Assembly: GCA_950097015.1 (NCBI GenBank)
Contig: CATNEN010000001.1
Location: 10,602,001-10,666,000 of the forward strand
Origin: Macrostomum hystrix
Taxonomy: Eukaryota > Animalia > Platyhelminthes
Length of the DNA stretch: 64,000 nucleotides
Direction of reading: 5' to 3'
The notes beneath the pieces were generated by a model. That model was not told the origin of the DNA. It did not search any database and saw only the letters and a program-made list of their open reading frames with translations. This document shows positions 24,401-35,773 of this stretch, in pieces. The translations under genes and the position numbers were made by a program. How positions within the stretch are numbered: the first letter of the stretch is position 1; each line of letters starts with the position of its first letter.

Positions 24401-24860
24401 GTAGACAGGTGTACTCAGCTAGTGAACTGCTCAGTGGCAGTGATAAATTTAATGGACTTGCCTTTGCAAAGAGCTGGCCCTATGCTGACCGATTTAATTA
24501 TCTGTGAGTCGTACAGAAAATCAACGTCATCTTTATTCGATTGGCTAACATATCGACATGTAGCATGTAGCTAACTGATAACATTTGTTAAAAATTAGTT
24601 TTTAATCAGCCTTTTTAAATTGGCTTTCCAGGATACAACGCACAAAGGAGAGCGGCATCCTTGACCAGCTAAACAGATTGTACTTTCCAGCCGAGAATGC
24701 TGACTGCAAAGTTGCCAAGGTTACAGTGACTGCCGACTCAGTGTCTATGGAAGATATCGGCGGGGTACTAGTCTGCGGCGGAGTGTTGTACCTGTTGGGC
24801 AGCCTGTTTATTGGCTTTGAAACTCTGTGGACAAGGCTTCTCAAAAGGAAGCCATTCTAA
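18445..24860 (+). CDS. Divergent ionotropic glutamate receptor / IR-like subunit with an amino-terminal domain (5' exon(s) unresolved)
   Basis: Phase-consistent exons: 18445-18591, 18971-19153, 19426-19625, 20176-20394, 21022-21213, 21295-21546, 22753-22850, 22954-23026, 23266-23680, 24037-24224, 24322-24503, 24632-24860 (~790 aa). Motifs: FPNTFVGFTNLTLNICTVVTSPY (S1 start), PIDYS, MWAFYRPFDAMVW (pre-M1/M1), SSFLLQG (pore), PRIVLAFWW..AYTGELAAQLT (M3), GLAFAKSWPYADRFN..ESGILDQL..C (S2), SMEDIGGVL..FE (M4). Confidence 0.88.
19688..20095. repeat. 20-bp minisatellite (AACAGGATCTGACCATGTAT and variants), iGluR intron
   Basis: About 20 units showing progressive variants. Confidence 0.93.
20435..20590 (-). 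mobile_element. Minimal (~150 bp) internally deleted copy of the HINE/MITE-like element
   Basis: Inverted repeats gggggtatttcaaatac (~20460) and gtatttgaaataccccc (~20560). The ends match both termini of the 52393-53409 copy. Confidence 0.75.
20610..20930 (+). mobile_element. tRNA-derived SINE (family B)
   Basis: Head ggggcgagTGGCAGAGCGG..GAGCTCGATTCC has A/B-box-like motifs. The body is shared with 21613-21935 and partial copies at ~19250-19310, 21945-22050 and 30240-30390. Internal hairpin gtgtaca..cctgac..gtcagg..tgtacac. Confidence 0.82.
21613..22050 (+). mobile_element. SINE family B, one full copy followed by a 5' fragment
   Basis: 21613-21935 aligns with 20610-20930. A second head, ggggcgagag..gttcgattca, starts at ~21946. 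Confidence 0.78.
22097..22532 (+). mobile_element. Probable 5'-truncated non-LTR retroelement 3' end with an (AAGT)3 tail
   Basis: GC-rich block ending in aagtaagtaagtaag. Imperfect flanking duplication cgtgcaat (22088) / cgtgccaat (22534). Internal inverted repeat ggggggcgggtg..cacccgcccccc. Confidence 0.5.
23852..23983 (+). mobile_element. SINE family A, 3' fragment
   Basis: gtccatggactgaacagccgtacgcag..gctgcggctgtgctgtcgactacacatctggcc..gcaggt. Confidence 0.75.
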
Positions 24861-27800
24861 ACTATTTCCTTGCATACTGATTTATACGCAAATAAGGACT
24901 ATACTGTGTATTCAATCATTTTAAAGAGTTCTTATATACTTTCTGCGTGAAGTCTTTTTTAAACAGATTCATAAAGTATTTTCTTTTTCTGTATGCACTA
25001 TGTATCTGCTTAGCAGCAAACTGATCTCCTGCAAGTGTGTTAAAATATTTATATCCAATTCTCTAAAATAATGAACACAAGAATAACTGAGAAATCAATT
25101 CACCTTCAAGGTGTAGATTTTAGAATAAAATATTGCACAGTAAATACAAATTATCTGTGATTTTACGCGAATTTGGATGTAATCAAGACATTTTTACACC
25201 TGTAAAAATGTATTTACATTTTTTTTTGCTGTTTTTAAACCAGTCAATCAGCATGTTGACTTATTAATTGTTGATAAAATGTACCAATTATGCGTTTCAA
25301 TATTTGATAAGTTTAGAGAATTGTCCTAAGCTCGTTCACATCGCAATAAAATATGTTTTAGTGTTCGAAAAATGTTTATTAAGAAAAGTTTACAGGTGTG
25401 GGTTCTCGTTTGATGACAGTGATATTACATTAGCCAACAGGGCCAAAGGCAACAAGCGGGAAGGCACAGGCGTGGCGACAAAGGCAGCGGACGAACGAGT
25501 CCTGCGATAGCGAATATATTTTAGGATTTCGGGCGTCACGAAGGAAGGATTAAAAAGGAAGTCAAGAAGCAACGGAATAAAGGCAATACAGAAACAAAAA
25601 TTTACGAGCCAGAACGAGAGAGTGTGAGCGCACAAATAAAAGTGGGGCCGACGCCGCCACCCCCCAACCAAACCACCCCACCTGCCCACCGGCACCCAGC
25701 ACCCCACCTTGCGGCAGGGATGCACACGCGCGAGCCGCACGCACAGACAGGCGGAGGGCCGGCCCAGTCGGCTAAACACGATTACAGAGCCAGTTAATAC
25801 CGGCCCCGAAATCGCAACCTTAGCGTACCTTAACCATTTAAACGCATAAAATCTAGCAAAAATACGAATACGGTGAAATAAAAACAAGTCAGATACTCAC
25901 TTTTTTAATGGATTCAAGTGTGATCTAAAAGTTTTATAATGACAATAATGAAAGAGTTAAGTAACCATCAACAAAAATAGTAGCTGCTATGGGTTAAGGC
26001 AATACGACGGTTGCAAGCAAATAAATTTGGGTTTCTTCTGTTCTAGATATCCTTGTGGATGGGAAATAAAAATAGTGGGCCATAATTAATTTTACTGAAT
26101 GGGATAATTATCTAAAATAAAGGAAGTCATTACAGTTTTGCCTTGTGAAATAGTGCGGGTCTTTTGCTAGCCGATGACCGCCCTCATGAAAGATAGGAGT
26201 GTGGAAAACGACGATAGAGTCGGAGGTCGATCGCTGCTGCCGCGAGTTGTCGCAGAGAGGGATGACGAAGGGAGGGATGAAGGGAGAGATGAAGGGAGAG
26301 ATGGGGCGGTACAAAGGATGCAAGTGAGTGGTCCTATTGGCCTCAGGCTGGCCAGTCCCACCCAACCCATAGGCCACAGGCATGACTGCCGTGCCCACCC
26401 CAAGCAGTGCTCGAAACCGGCTAAAAGTCTAAATAGATGTCGGACTACCCGCAAGCGAATAGGACAGGGCTAGATAGCCTACTGTCATCAGTAGCATGTT
26501 CGTAACTGACTCCTAACTTTGGTAGCAGTGGTCGACTCGGCCTAGGCTCTTGTCTTAGAAATGCGGAAAGGCTATCGGCAAAGCGGATAATGATCGAAGG
26601 TAGCGCCACCACCCAATGCGCCTACGTTGCCACCGCAGACATTTGGGAACTTGGGTCCCCGGAGCTCGCAGCTCCCAGTTTGTCACACAGATCTTAGACA
26701 AGCCGAAAAATAGAGCATTCTGTAACTTCCGTTTTAGACTAGGGTGAGAACCCCAGAATGGATCGAGTCACGCCTCACAAGGGGATTCCTGAAACTGCGC
26801 TACAGTGGTCTAGAAAGGTGGTACTCCGAACCCGAATGAGAAGTCCATAGCCAGAATCCTACTCATGAGACATTAGACACATTCCGTACATTAGACTGCA
26901 GCCTACTCATTAGATAACTAGCAAGCCGATTCTGTGTGAGTTGAGGAAAACAGAGGCAGGAGAGATTGAGCAGAACACTGGCTGAGTGATTATGCAAGCA
27001 GGAAATTATTAGATCACGCCTCTCGCTCCCATGGCCGCGGTTGCGAAAGGCGGGGAAAAGAGGGAGAATTCAAATTGGCAAAGGAACTTGACGCATACAC
27101 TGGAACCCGCCGAGAGAGTGAGGAAAGCCGGCCAAGGAATCCCCCACCTCGTAGGCAGAAATGCACACGCTACATCCCGCATTTAGCTCGCAAATCCCTA
27201 GCTCCATATTACTCTCATGCGCGCTCACAGTAGCCTTCTTGCCGCAGCTTTCAGCTCGGCCTCGCCAGAGCCCATTCCCCTAGTGAATTAGCCACTCATG
27301 ATTGAGGGCTGTCTAATGAGAAAATAAAGGGGAAATAACAGCATGATAGAAAGTGATTTAAATTGTTACTAAATTGCCTAATAGTTAAATGATTGGCGAC
27401 TAAGATGAATAATAGTTTATTAGGCTAAAAACAAATCTCTGCCCTCGCCCCGATTGCCCACTAGCTAAGTAATAAATCCCTTAGGGATAACGATAAAAGT
27501 CCGCTGCGCGGGTTACTTATCTGAATACGCTGGTTGGCAGGCTGCAGGCCGTCGATCTCGCGGGGAATGCAAATGAACGGGAGAAAGGTGGGGAATTGCT
27601 AAGTACAGTTGGCAAGGGGCCAGACTGCAGGGAGCTCAAGGCTCAATTTGGAGCGCACCTAAGGAGGTGGCTTGCGCTTAAGGGCACTAGCAGGTAGTTG
27701 CCTGCTGCTACGATCTGGAGCCTTAGGCTCAGGGACTAGGTGCTAGCCTAGACGGGGGAGAGTCCACGGACCGAGTTCCGGGACCGGACAAGGGAAAAAG

Positions 27801-28835
27801 GTGAGCAGGGAAGTCGCCGGGAAAGGCTCCCGGAAAGAGGAAAAAGGAAGGTAAAGAAAAAGGTTGTCCTAGGGGCAGCGCAGCGCGCTCTCTTAAATAG
27901 TCCTGCAGCTCCGCCAACCCCGCATTCATCAAAATAACCCACATGCTCGCCGGCCTGTCAGCGAGGAATCGGGTCGGCATAATGCCACCCCAATTGCCCA
28001 CTGAAGCGGCGGCGAGAATCGCCAGATGCCCCACTAGGAGCGTCTGCCGGCAGTCGGCCAATGATTGTGATCCCGCCGGGATATGGGAAGCGCAGGCGCC
28101 GACCTGCCTATAGTGTCGTTACATGTATCTAAAGGGGGAAAGGTCATAATCGAGCTTCGGCTCGGGTTACAGTAAAGAAGAGGGACATGAAGAATTAAAG
28201 CTCACTCTAAACGCATGAGTGATCCCGACAATCTGATCGCGGTTTGGAGGGGAATTATAACCTAAACTAGTCCATACAGTATTGCTATTTCCGCGATCAG
28301 TCACTCCTACAGGGGACTAGACAGATCCGAGACAAAGGGAATCGGCGGCTACTTAATTCACCTCCGCCCCAAGTCTGGCCCTAAGATTAATGATGGTGTT
28401 CTGCGGCCAGCTGCTATGTGGGTCGCGATTATTAACTTGCTAAAAATGGAAAAATTTGGCTGGCTCACAACCCCACTCGATTCCGAAGTACACTCCACAT
28501 CACTTGCTAGATATTTGATTTGTAACAGTTTAAACAATTTCCAATGTCAAATTGTCCTCACAGACCATTCGATTCGGTATTTCCTAGAACTGAGCATTCA
28601 ACACATCCAAAACTTCTTCGCTACTTTTGTCCGACGTTTCTGAACTTTTTGGAACATTTAGAGCAGAAACAAGTTTTGTACGCAGACGATAATTTTCACC
28701 ACGAAAAACGCATTGATTAAATTGTTTTAGGGCGCGGCGGATTTTAAAGTACCCTTCGACTCTCACGAGACTAACGACAACTGAGTTCTCGTTTTCATTT
28801 TCGTTTTCTGAATTGCATCCATCCTCAAGATGCAG

Positions 28836-30017
28836 AAATGACAAAAATTATGCTCGAAAATGGAGCTCTAAGCCAAGTGACAGATACTATTGGACGTTCA
28901 CCTTTGACTATAGCTGTAAGCTCTGGAAACTTGGAAATTGTTAAAATGCTGATTGAGAAAGAACAGGAACTACTAGACAAAGTCGGCCTAAGGAAACTGT
29001 CCGTTCACTACTGGGCAGCTTGGAAGCTGGGGTTCGAAGACATCTGTCTGCACATGCTACGGTAAGGGACGGCTAACGGTTTTGAAGGGTAGTCATTGTT
29101 GATCATCGCGTTGGTCGCAAAAATATTGAAAAAACAAATATATTACGCTTGTACATACCATATTTTTTCCATTTTAGAAAAATATTTTGCGTTTCACGCA
29201 AAAATGTTTTGGTAAGCACTCCGTCATTTACTATTTTCTATTCAAACAAACCGTATATTACGTTAGTGCTCACTAGCGATGAAAGGGCTCTTTTATATAT
29301 TTTTTAAATGGAGGTACTGAAGGTGTTGGAATATTCTGTCGTACAGCTTCAATTTAAATCAGCATGAATTATCATAGCTCGTATAGTTAGACGATGTCTT
29401 AGCGCAATCGAATTATCATGTAGGAATATATTTGAAGCTGTATGCCACCGCTGGTAACTATTACACTACATTAGCTAATGTATTGTATTACAGTAATATA
29501 AAGCGTGCATATACTACCAACAATTCAAAGACTTTGACTATAACGTCATAAAAATAGGACCTGTTGGTATGTGCCTCACGAGAAATCAAATTACAAAATA
29601 TTCCAGGCTGCTGAAAGGCTGGGCCGTCTCATCGCACTGGGAAAGTGCGAAGAATTCCTCCAAGGTCTAAAAAATACCGAGATAAGCAAATTGAGGGACT
29701 GGAGAGGCAAAACGCCTCTCATGATTTTAGCTGAAATTGGTCCGAAAATTTCGAAGCGACAGAGACATTGTGCGGAGATGCTGCTTAAACGCGGCGCTGA
29801 TGCCAGCGCCACTGACCTGGAGGGTAATACGCCACTTCATTTGGCAGCAGCAGCTGATAACCTTGAGATGATAAAACTGTTGACAAAATCTTCCCGTGCG
29901 AATGCACTACTTACTACGAAAAATTCACAAGGCGAAACTCCCCTGGACGTAGCTCAGCAGAACGGACGCAATGGCTCAGTTGAGTTGCTTAAGATGGCCT
30001 TGAAAAAAGTCAAGTAA
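28836..30017 (+). CDS. Ankyrin-repeat protein exons (partial or disrupted gene)
   Basis: 28838-29061 has GRSPLTIAVSSGNLEIVKMLI. 29607-30017 has GKTPLMILAE, GADASATDLEGNTPLHLAAAADNLEMIKLL and GETPLDVAQQNG. The apparent donor (phase 2) and acceptor (phase 0) do not join directly, so an exon is missing or the gene is broken. Confidence 0.7.
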
Positions 30018-30239
30018 GTGTTGCTAATTGTTTTCAGTATCTCTTGCCAAAACGATTTCATCTAATTCACTACACAAGTGTGCCCGCTTGAAGTCACAAT
30101 TTCAGAAGCGCTAAGAGTCTCGTGTCTGTCAAGACCGTTCGTGAAAAAATATCTGGAGCCAAGACTGTCATTAGCCGTAAGCATGAACGTACTTCTGCGT
30201 AAAACTTATTTTTGTTATTTGAAATAATTTTAAAGATTT

Positions 30240-30390
30240 TAAAGATCGAGACCACGTTTTTTTCGGTGGCATCCGCGTAAAGAAGGTTTGGGGGCTTGTC
30301 GCGCAATTTACGCCCTTGAGTGCCAACCCACTGCCTGACGATGAGAAAAATCACCAAATGATGAGGTTCTAGTGTCACCAAATGATGGTC
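30240..30390 (+). mobile_element. SINE family B, internally deleted copy
   Basis: agaaggtttgggggcttgtcgcgcaatttacgcccttgagtgccaacc..ctgcctgacgatgagaaa..tcaccaaatgatg. Confidence 0.7.
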
Positions 30391-31728
30391 CATTGCTTGC
30401 AGCCCTCCTAACTAAGCAGCAACTAAGCGTTTACAGGATCTGAAAGATTTTTTGTAGGGAAAAAAGTAAATTCACCCAAATCATAAAATACTTGGATTTA
30501 TAACTTGTTGATTCATTTTTTACTCTACGTATTCGTCGCAAATTTCGTGGTTTCAAAAGCTTGTTTTATTGTGATACATTAGATCCTTCCGCTTTTTATA
30601 AGAAAAGTAAGGAACTCTATGCGCAGTATCGATTTGTTGTGCCAAAAAATTGACCCAACTTTCAGAAAGTGAATCGCCAACAGTGGAACATGCGAACCAG
30701 CAGAATAGTGATGCCGTTTATCAGAAATACAAAAAAGAAAACACTTTTGTCGCGCAAATTGATCGTGACAAATTCAAATTACTTGTCTGTGCTGCAAATT
30801 TAAACAATCGAATTAAAGAATACATGATGACCAACATCGAGAAGAGTTCATTGAGTATTGAAGGATTCAACAACATTGAGGGAAACATAAAAGCAAAGCA
30901 GAGCGAGCTGAGAATTCAGCTGGTTAAATATCTAGAGAAGAATCCAACACGAAACGAGGATATCGTCAAGCAAGACGCTTTATGCGAGCCGTTTAAAAGT
31001 TCCGATATAACTTTTAAAAAAACTCTACTTTGAATTTTTGCGTGCATGCACTTCTGGATCTATTGTACCTGACGTGACTTTTAAAAAGTTGTTTTAAGAA
31101 ATGTTGTGTGAGTGGTAGCATTGTGCCAGAGAAGTTCGAATTTTTGGAGCTGTTATCGCAGCTAATATTTTGATGTATACAATCTCGAGTCCATGGGTGT
31201 TTGGCATATATAATTTCTCTTATTTCCCTCAAATGGCACTATTTTCCTCATTTATGTATCCGGATGCGTTAGTGAGGCTGGGGAGGCATGCAATCACGTG
31301 AAGGGATGAGTCAACAGTCTGAACTTAAAACACCCATCCCACCTGCACTACCCATTGTTCCAGTTAACTCAAGCATGGCGGGAGAATAAACATCAAATTT
31401 ACTTTCAAATCGGCACACCACTTAGATTGCTCGGCACTTCTCACCTAAAATATTTGAGTTAATATATTTATAAAGTTAGTTCCTTAATCAAGCGCACATT
31501 TTGCATCAAGCGCAAGTCTTTTCGACAAAAAATGAAAATCATAATTTGTATTCGCACCCGCCCCACCTCCTCTTAACCTACTGTACCAACTCGGCCCAAT
31601 CAGAGAGCAGCAGGGCTCGGCTTGTACATCTCACAGGGTCAAGGCTGGGTCTGCAGGGTCTATCAATCACGTGCACGGCTCACGCGCGTGATGCAATATC
31701 TTTCAAATATTTCAAAACCTTCGATTTC

Positions 31729-31830
31729 TCCACTATACTAAAAATGAAATGCTTGCTTGCTTGCTTGTAATTGATTTTCTCCCGAACGGCTCAACCGATT
31801 TTCACCATTTCTTCACCAAAAGATGCCAAA
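31729..31830 (+). mobile_element. Helitron-like non-autonomous element, 5' end
   Basis: tc-cactatactaaaaatgaaat-(gctt)4-..cccgaacggctcaaccgattttcacc. This TC start, tetranucleotide microsatellite and CCGATTTT core layout is typical of invertebrate non-autonomous Helitrons. The same start recurs at 35756. Confidence 0.55.
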
Positions 31831-33133
31831 TATGGGGACAATTTTACACGTATTTTTATTAAGCTTAACTTTATTGCTAAGGGGATTAAATATTCGAAAA
31901 ACATGATTTTTCAAAGGTCAAACCATCTTGGCCTATTGAGAATTTTACTCACTGCCACTGAATTAGAATTGCATCGTCAAATTGCGCAACAACCCCTAGC
32001 TGATTGAATTTGAAGCCTGCACTCTGGAGACAAATTTGAAATAAATGTACACAACCAACCGCGAGACTGGGTGTACTCTATTTTCTTACTTCATTGTACA
32101 AAGCCAGAACTTTGAGAATTCATTTTATAAGGCTGATTTTTGCACCCACTAACCAACAGTCAAAATAGCCGATGTGTAGGCACTAGGAATAAGTTAGGCT
32201 AGGCTAGGGTTCGATTCTGCACTGCGTAAAATCATTTAGACTAATTGTCAGTCAGTAGTGATTGAAGATTATTAAAATTTATTTTTTCATTTCGTAAATG
32301 AAATATTATAAACCATAGAAAATCTGAGTTTGAATCATGGCAAAAATAGAGTTTGAATCATGGCTAAACCAGAGTTTGAATCATGGCTAAACCAGAGCTT
32401 GAATCATGGCTAAACCAGCGTTTGAATCATGGCTAAACCAGAGATTGAATCATAGTCAACCGGAGTCTGAATCATGGCTAAACCAGAGTTTGAATCATGG
32501 CTAAACCAGAGTCTGAATCATGGCTAAACCAGCGTTTGAATCATGGCTAAACCAGAGCTTGAATCATGGCTAAACCAGAGTTTGAATCATGGCTAAACCA
32601 GAGCTTGAATCATGGCTAAACCAGAGTCTGAATCATGGCTAAACCAGACTTTAAATCATGGCTAAACCAGAGTTTGAATCATGGCTAAATCAGCGTTTGA
32701 ATCATGGCTACCCAGCGTTTGAATCATGGCTAACCCAGCGTTTGAATCATGGCTAACCCAGCGTTTGAATCATGGCTAACCCAGCGTTTGAATCATGGCT
32801 AAACCAGCGTTTGAATCATGGCTTACCCAGAGTTTGAATCATGGCAAAATCAGAGATTGAATCATGGCTAAACCAGATTTTGAATCATGGCTAAACCAGA
32901 ATTTCAATCGTAGCTAAAACAGAGTTTAAATCATGGCTAAACCAGAGTTTGAATCATGGCTAAACCAGGGTGTGAATCATAGCAAAATGTTTTGCCATTG
33001 ATGAATTCTCTATATTTAGCTTTTGTTATCATATAACGTCATAATGATATACATTTGTATCAAAATAATTTTGTCTGATATTCAACTAATGTTGTTCTTC
33101 TCAATTTTCTACAATAGCAGCTAATAAAAAATT

Positions 33134-33461
33134 CAACTGGGGAACATTGTCAACTGGGGAGTCTTCAAAAAATAGGGGATCATGGTAAACTGCGGGATGG
33201 GATGATTGTCAACTGGGGGATCATTGTCAACTGGGGGATCATTGTCAACTGGGGGATCATCATCAACTGGGGTATCATTGTCAACTGGGGGATCATTGTC
33301 AACTGGGGGATCATTGTCAACTGGGGGATCATCATCAACTGGGGTATCATTGTCAACTGGGGGATCATTGTCAACTGGGGGATCATTGTCAACTGGGTGA
33401 TCATCATCAACTGGGGGATCTTTGTCAACTTGGGGATCATTGTCAACTAGGGGATAATTGT
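33134..33461. repeat. 18-bp satellite (GGGGGATCATTGTCAACT), block 1
   Basis: About 18 units. Confidence 0.95.
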
Positions 33462-33660
33462 CAGAGTTTAAATCATGGCTAACCCAGCGTTAGAATCATG
33501 GCTAAACCAGAGTTTGAATCATAGCTAACCTAGCGTTAGAATCATAGCTAAACCAGAGCTTAAGTCATGGCTAAACCAGAGATTCAATCATGGCTAAACC
33601 AGAGTTTGAATCATGGCTAAACCCGAGTTTGAATCTTAGCCAACCAGAGTTTGAATCATT

Positions 33661-33971
33661 AATAATAATAATTTTAATAATAATTGATTACACCTGCCCC
33701 AATTGGGTCAGATGTGCAGCCGACAGCACAGCCGCAGCCAATGCGCGGCGCGTCTGAAGGCTGCGTACAGCTGTTCAGTCCACGGACTGGGGGGACGCCA
33801 CACCGACCTTCAATTATCCCAGCTGATGCTGGTACCCATTAAACAGCTGGGTGAACTGAAGCAATGCAGAGTTAAGTGTCTTGCTAAAGGACGCATATTG
33901 TTCCAGTGGAGTCGGGAATCGAACCCCCGACCTTCAAGTCGTGAGTCCGACGCCCTAACCACTAGGCTACA
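33661..33971 (-). mobile_element. Full-length tRNA-derived CORE-like SINE (family A) inserted in the 23-bp satellite
   Basis: On the minus strand: gTAGCCTAGTGGttagggcgtcggactcacgacttgaaggtcggGGGTTCGATTCCcg (A and B boxes), then gtcctttagcaagacacttaac..cacccagctgtttaatgggtacc (CORE-like), ending in a (TTA)n tail. Confidence 0.88.
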
Positions 33972-34249
33972 ACCTCAATCAGAGCTTGAATCATGTCTAA
34001 ACCAGAGTTTGAATCATAGCTAAACCAGCGTTTGAATCATGGCTAAACCAGAGCTTGAATCATGGCTAAACCAGAGCTTGAATCATGGCTAAACCAGAGC
34101 TTGAATCATGGCTAAACAAGAGTTTGAATCATGGCTAAACCAGAGCTTGAATCATGGCTAAACAAGAGTTTGAATCATGGCTAAACCAGAGCTTGAATCA
34201 TGGCTAAACCCGAGTTTGAATCATGGCTAACCCAGCGTTTGAAAAATCA

Positions 34250-34718
34250 ACGTCAACTGGGGAGTCATCATCAAAATGGGGATCATGGTAAACTGGGGGA
34301 TTATCGTCAACTGGGGATCATGGTAAACTGGGGGATAATCGTCAACTGGGGGATCATGGTAAACTGGGGGATAATTGTCAACTGGGGAATCATCATCAAA
34401 TGTGGGATCATGCTCAACTTGGGATCATTGTCAACTGGGGGATCATCATCAACTGGGGGATCATTGTGAACTGGGGGATCATTGTCAACTGGGGGATCAT
34501 TGTCAACCGGGGGATCATTGTCAACTGGGGGATCATTGTCAACTGGGGGATCATTGTCAACTGGGTGATCATCATCAACTGGGTGATCATTGTCAACTGG
34601 GGGAACATTGTCAGCTGGGGGAACATTGTTAAATGGGGATCATCATCAATGGGGAGTCATCATCAACTGGGGGATCATTGTGAACTGGGGGATCATTGTG
34701 AACTGGGGGATCATTGTA
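34250..34718. repeat. 18-bp satellite (GGGGGATCATTGTCAACT), block 2
   Basis: About 26 units. Three more units lie at 35785-35835. Confidence 0.95.
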
Positions 34719-35360
34719 GCTTTAAAATGCTGTAATTTCAGCTGCTAAAAAGTATATACTAGCCGAATTAAAAGTATTTCTGCGAAGGGCCAGCCTTGAA
34801 CACTCGCGGGACGTGTTCCCATGGGTCAGCTGACGGGACACGTGGAGAGGATTCCTGCACCCGAAGGCACAGGTCTCCTTCCTGCCAAGCCTGCTCCAAA
34901 AACGACTGCAGGTGTGAGGTATTGCAGACCTTAGCCCGTGGGCCTGGTCTGACTCATACCACACAGGCGTTGTGTCCCGCCGGTGCGAGCTAGAGAGCTA
35001 CCACTCCTAGAGAAGGCACAAGGCAGGAGCCATTTGCTACGATATACGAAGTCTCCATCCCTTCAATTAGGACACTCCTTAGAATCCTTTGATGTAGCCG
35101 CATTAGTAACAAAATGGAAGTTAGGTAGATGTCCGCTCCGAGATCGAGCTGGTTCCGATGAAGCTACAAAAAATTGAGCTTAGGAACTAAATCCCGACTT
35201 CCCTTCTGTATCTTCTCTTCCCCTCTTCCCTAAACATCGGTGCTAGATACAAGTCACAAGCGACAAACTTGCCTCACAAAATGGGCGATAAAGTGTAATC
35301 GGAAGCGAAAAGCTTAGAGGAAAACAAGGGAAAATTGCGGCAGAATTTCACCAGGACTTC

Positions 35361-35773
35361 TGTTTGATATGCACAGGAAGGCAGGTAAACACGGTGTAAA
35401 AATAGAATAGCTCTGCCAAGTTACGATATCATGAAAAATGTTAAAATCAGTGATGTGTCACTAATGCATAGCATTGCAAGAATGCACCGCTGCTTTAATC
35501 ATTGCCGACGTTGTAAACAAACAGAGAACTGTATTAAAAATGCTTCATCTTATATACTAAAAATGTTTGATATGCACAGGAAGGCAGGTAAACACGGTGT
35601 AAAAATAGATCTAACTCTGCCAAGTAATACGATATCATGAAAAATGTTAAAATCAGTGATGTGTCACTAATGCATAGCATTGCAAGAATGCACCGCTGCT
35701 TTAATCATTGCCGAGGTTGTAAACGAACAGAGAACTGTATAAAAATGCTTCATCTTCTACTATACTAAAAATG
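35361..35773. repeat. ~203-bp direct tandem duplication
   Basis: tgtttgatatgcacaggaaggcaggtaaacacgg starts at 35361 and again at 35564. Both copies end in tatactaaaaatg. Confidence 0.92.

Larger units (their letters stand above)
32325..34242. repeat. 23-bp satellite (GAATCATGGCTAAACCAGAGTTT) in blocks 32325-32985, 33462-33660 and 33975-34242
   Basis: Directly visible. Interrupted by an 18-bp array and a SINE. Confidence 0.95.

Noticed and set aside
27482-27495. TAGGGATAAC resembling an I-SceI site
   Set aside because: Only 10 of the 18 bases match contiguously, which is expected by chance.
33900-33971. Possible tRNA genes here and at 20610 and 39268
   Set aside because: A/B boxes are present but continue into a shared SINE body and tail, and there is no proper acceptor stem.
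34775-35260. GC-richer block with a QLTGH motif, possibly a LINE C-terminus
   Set aside because: It is too short and interrupted to support a call without a database search.
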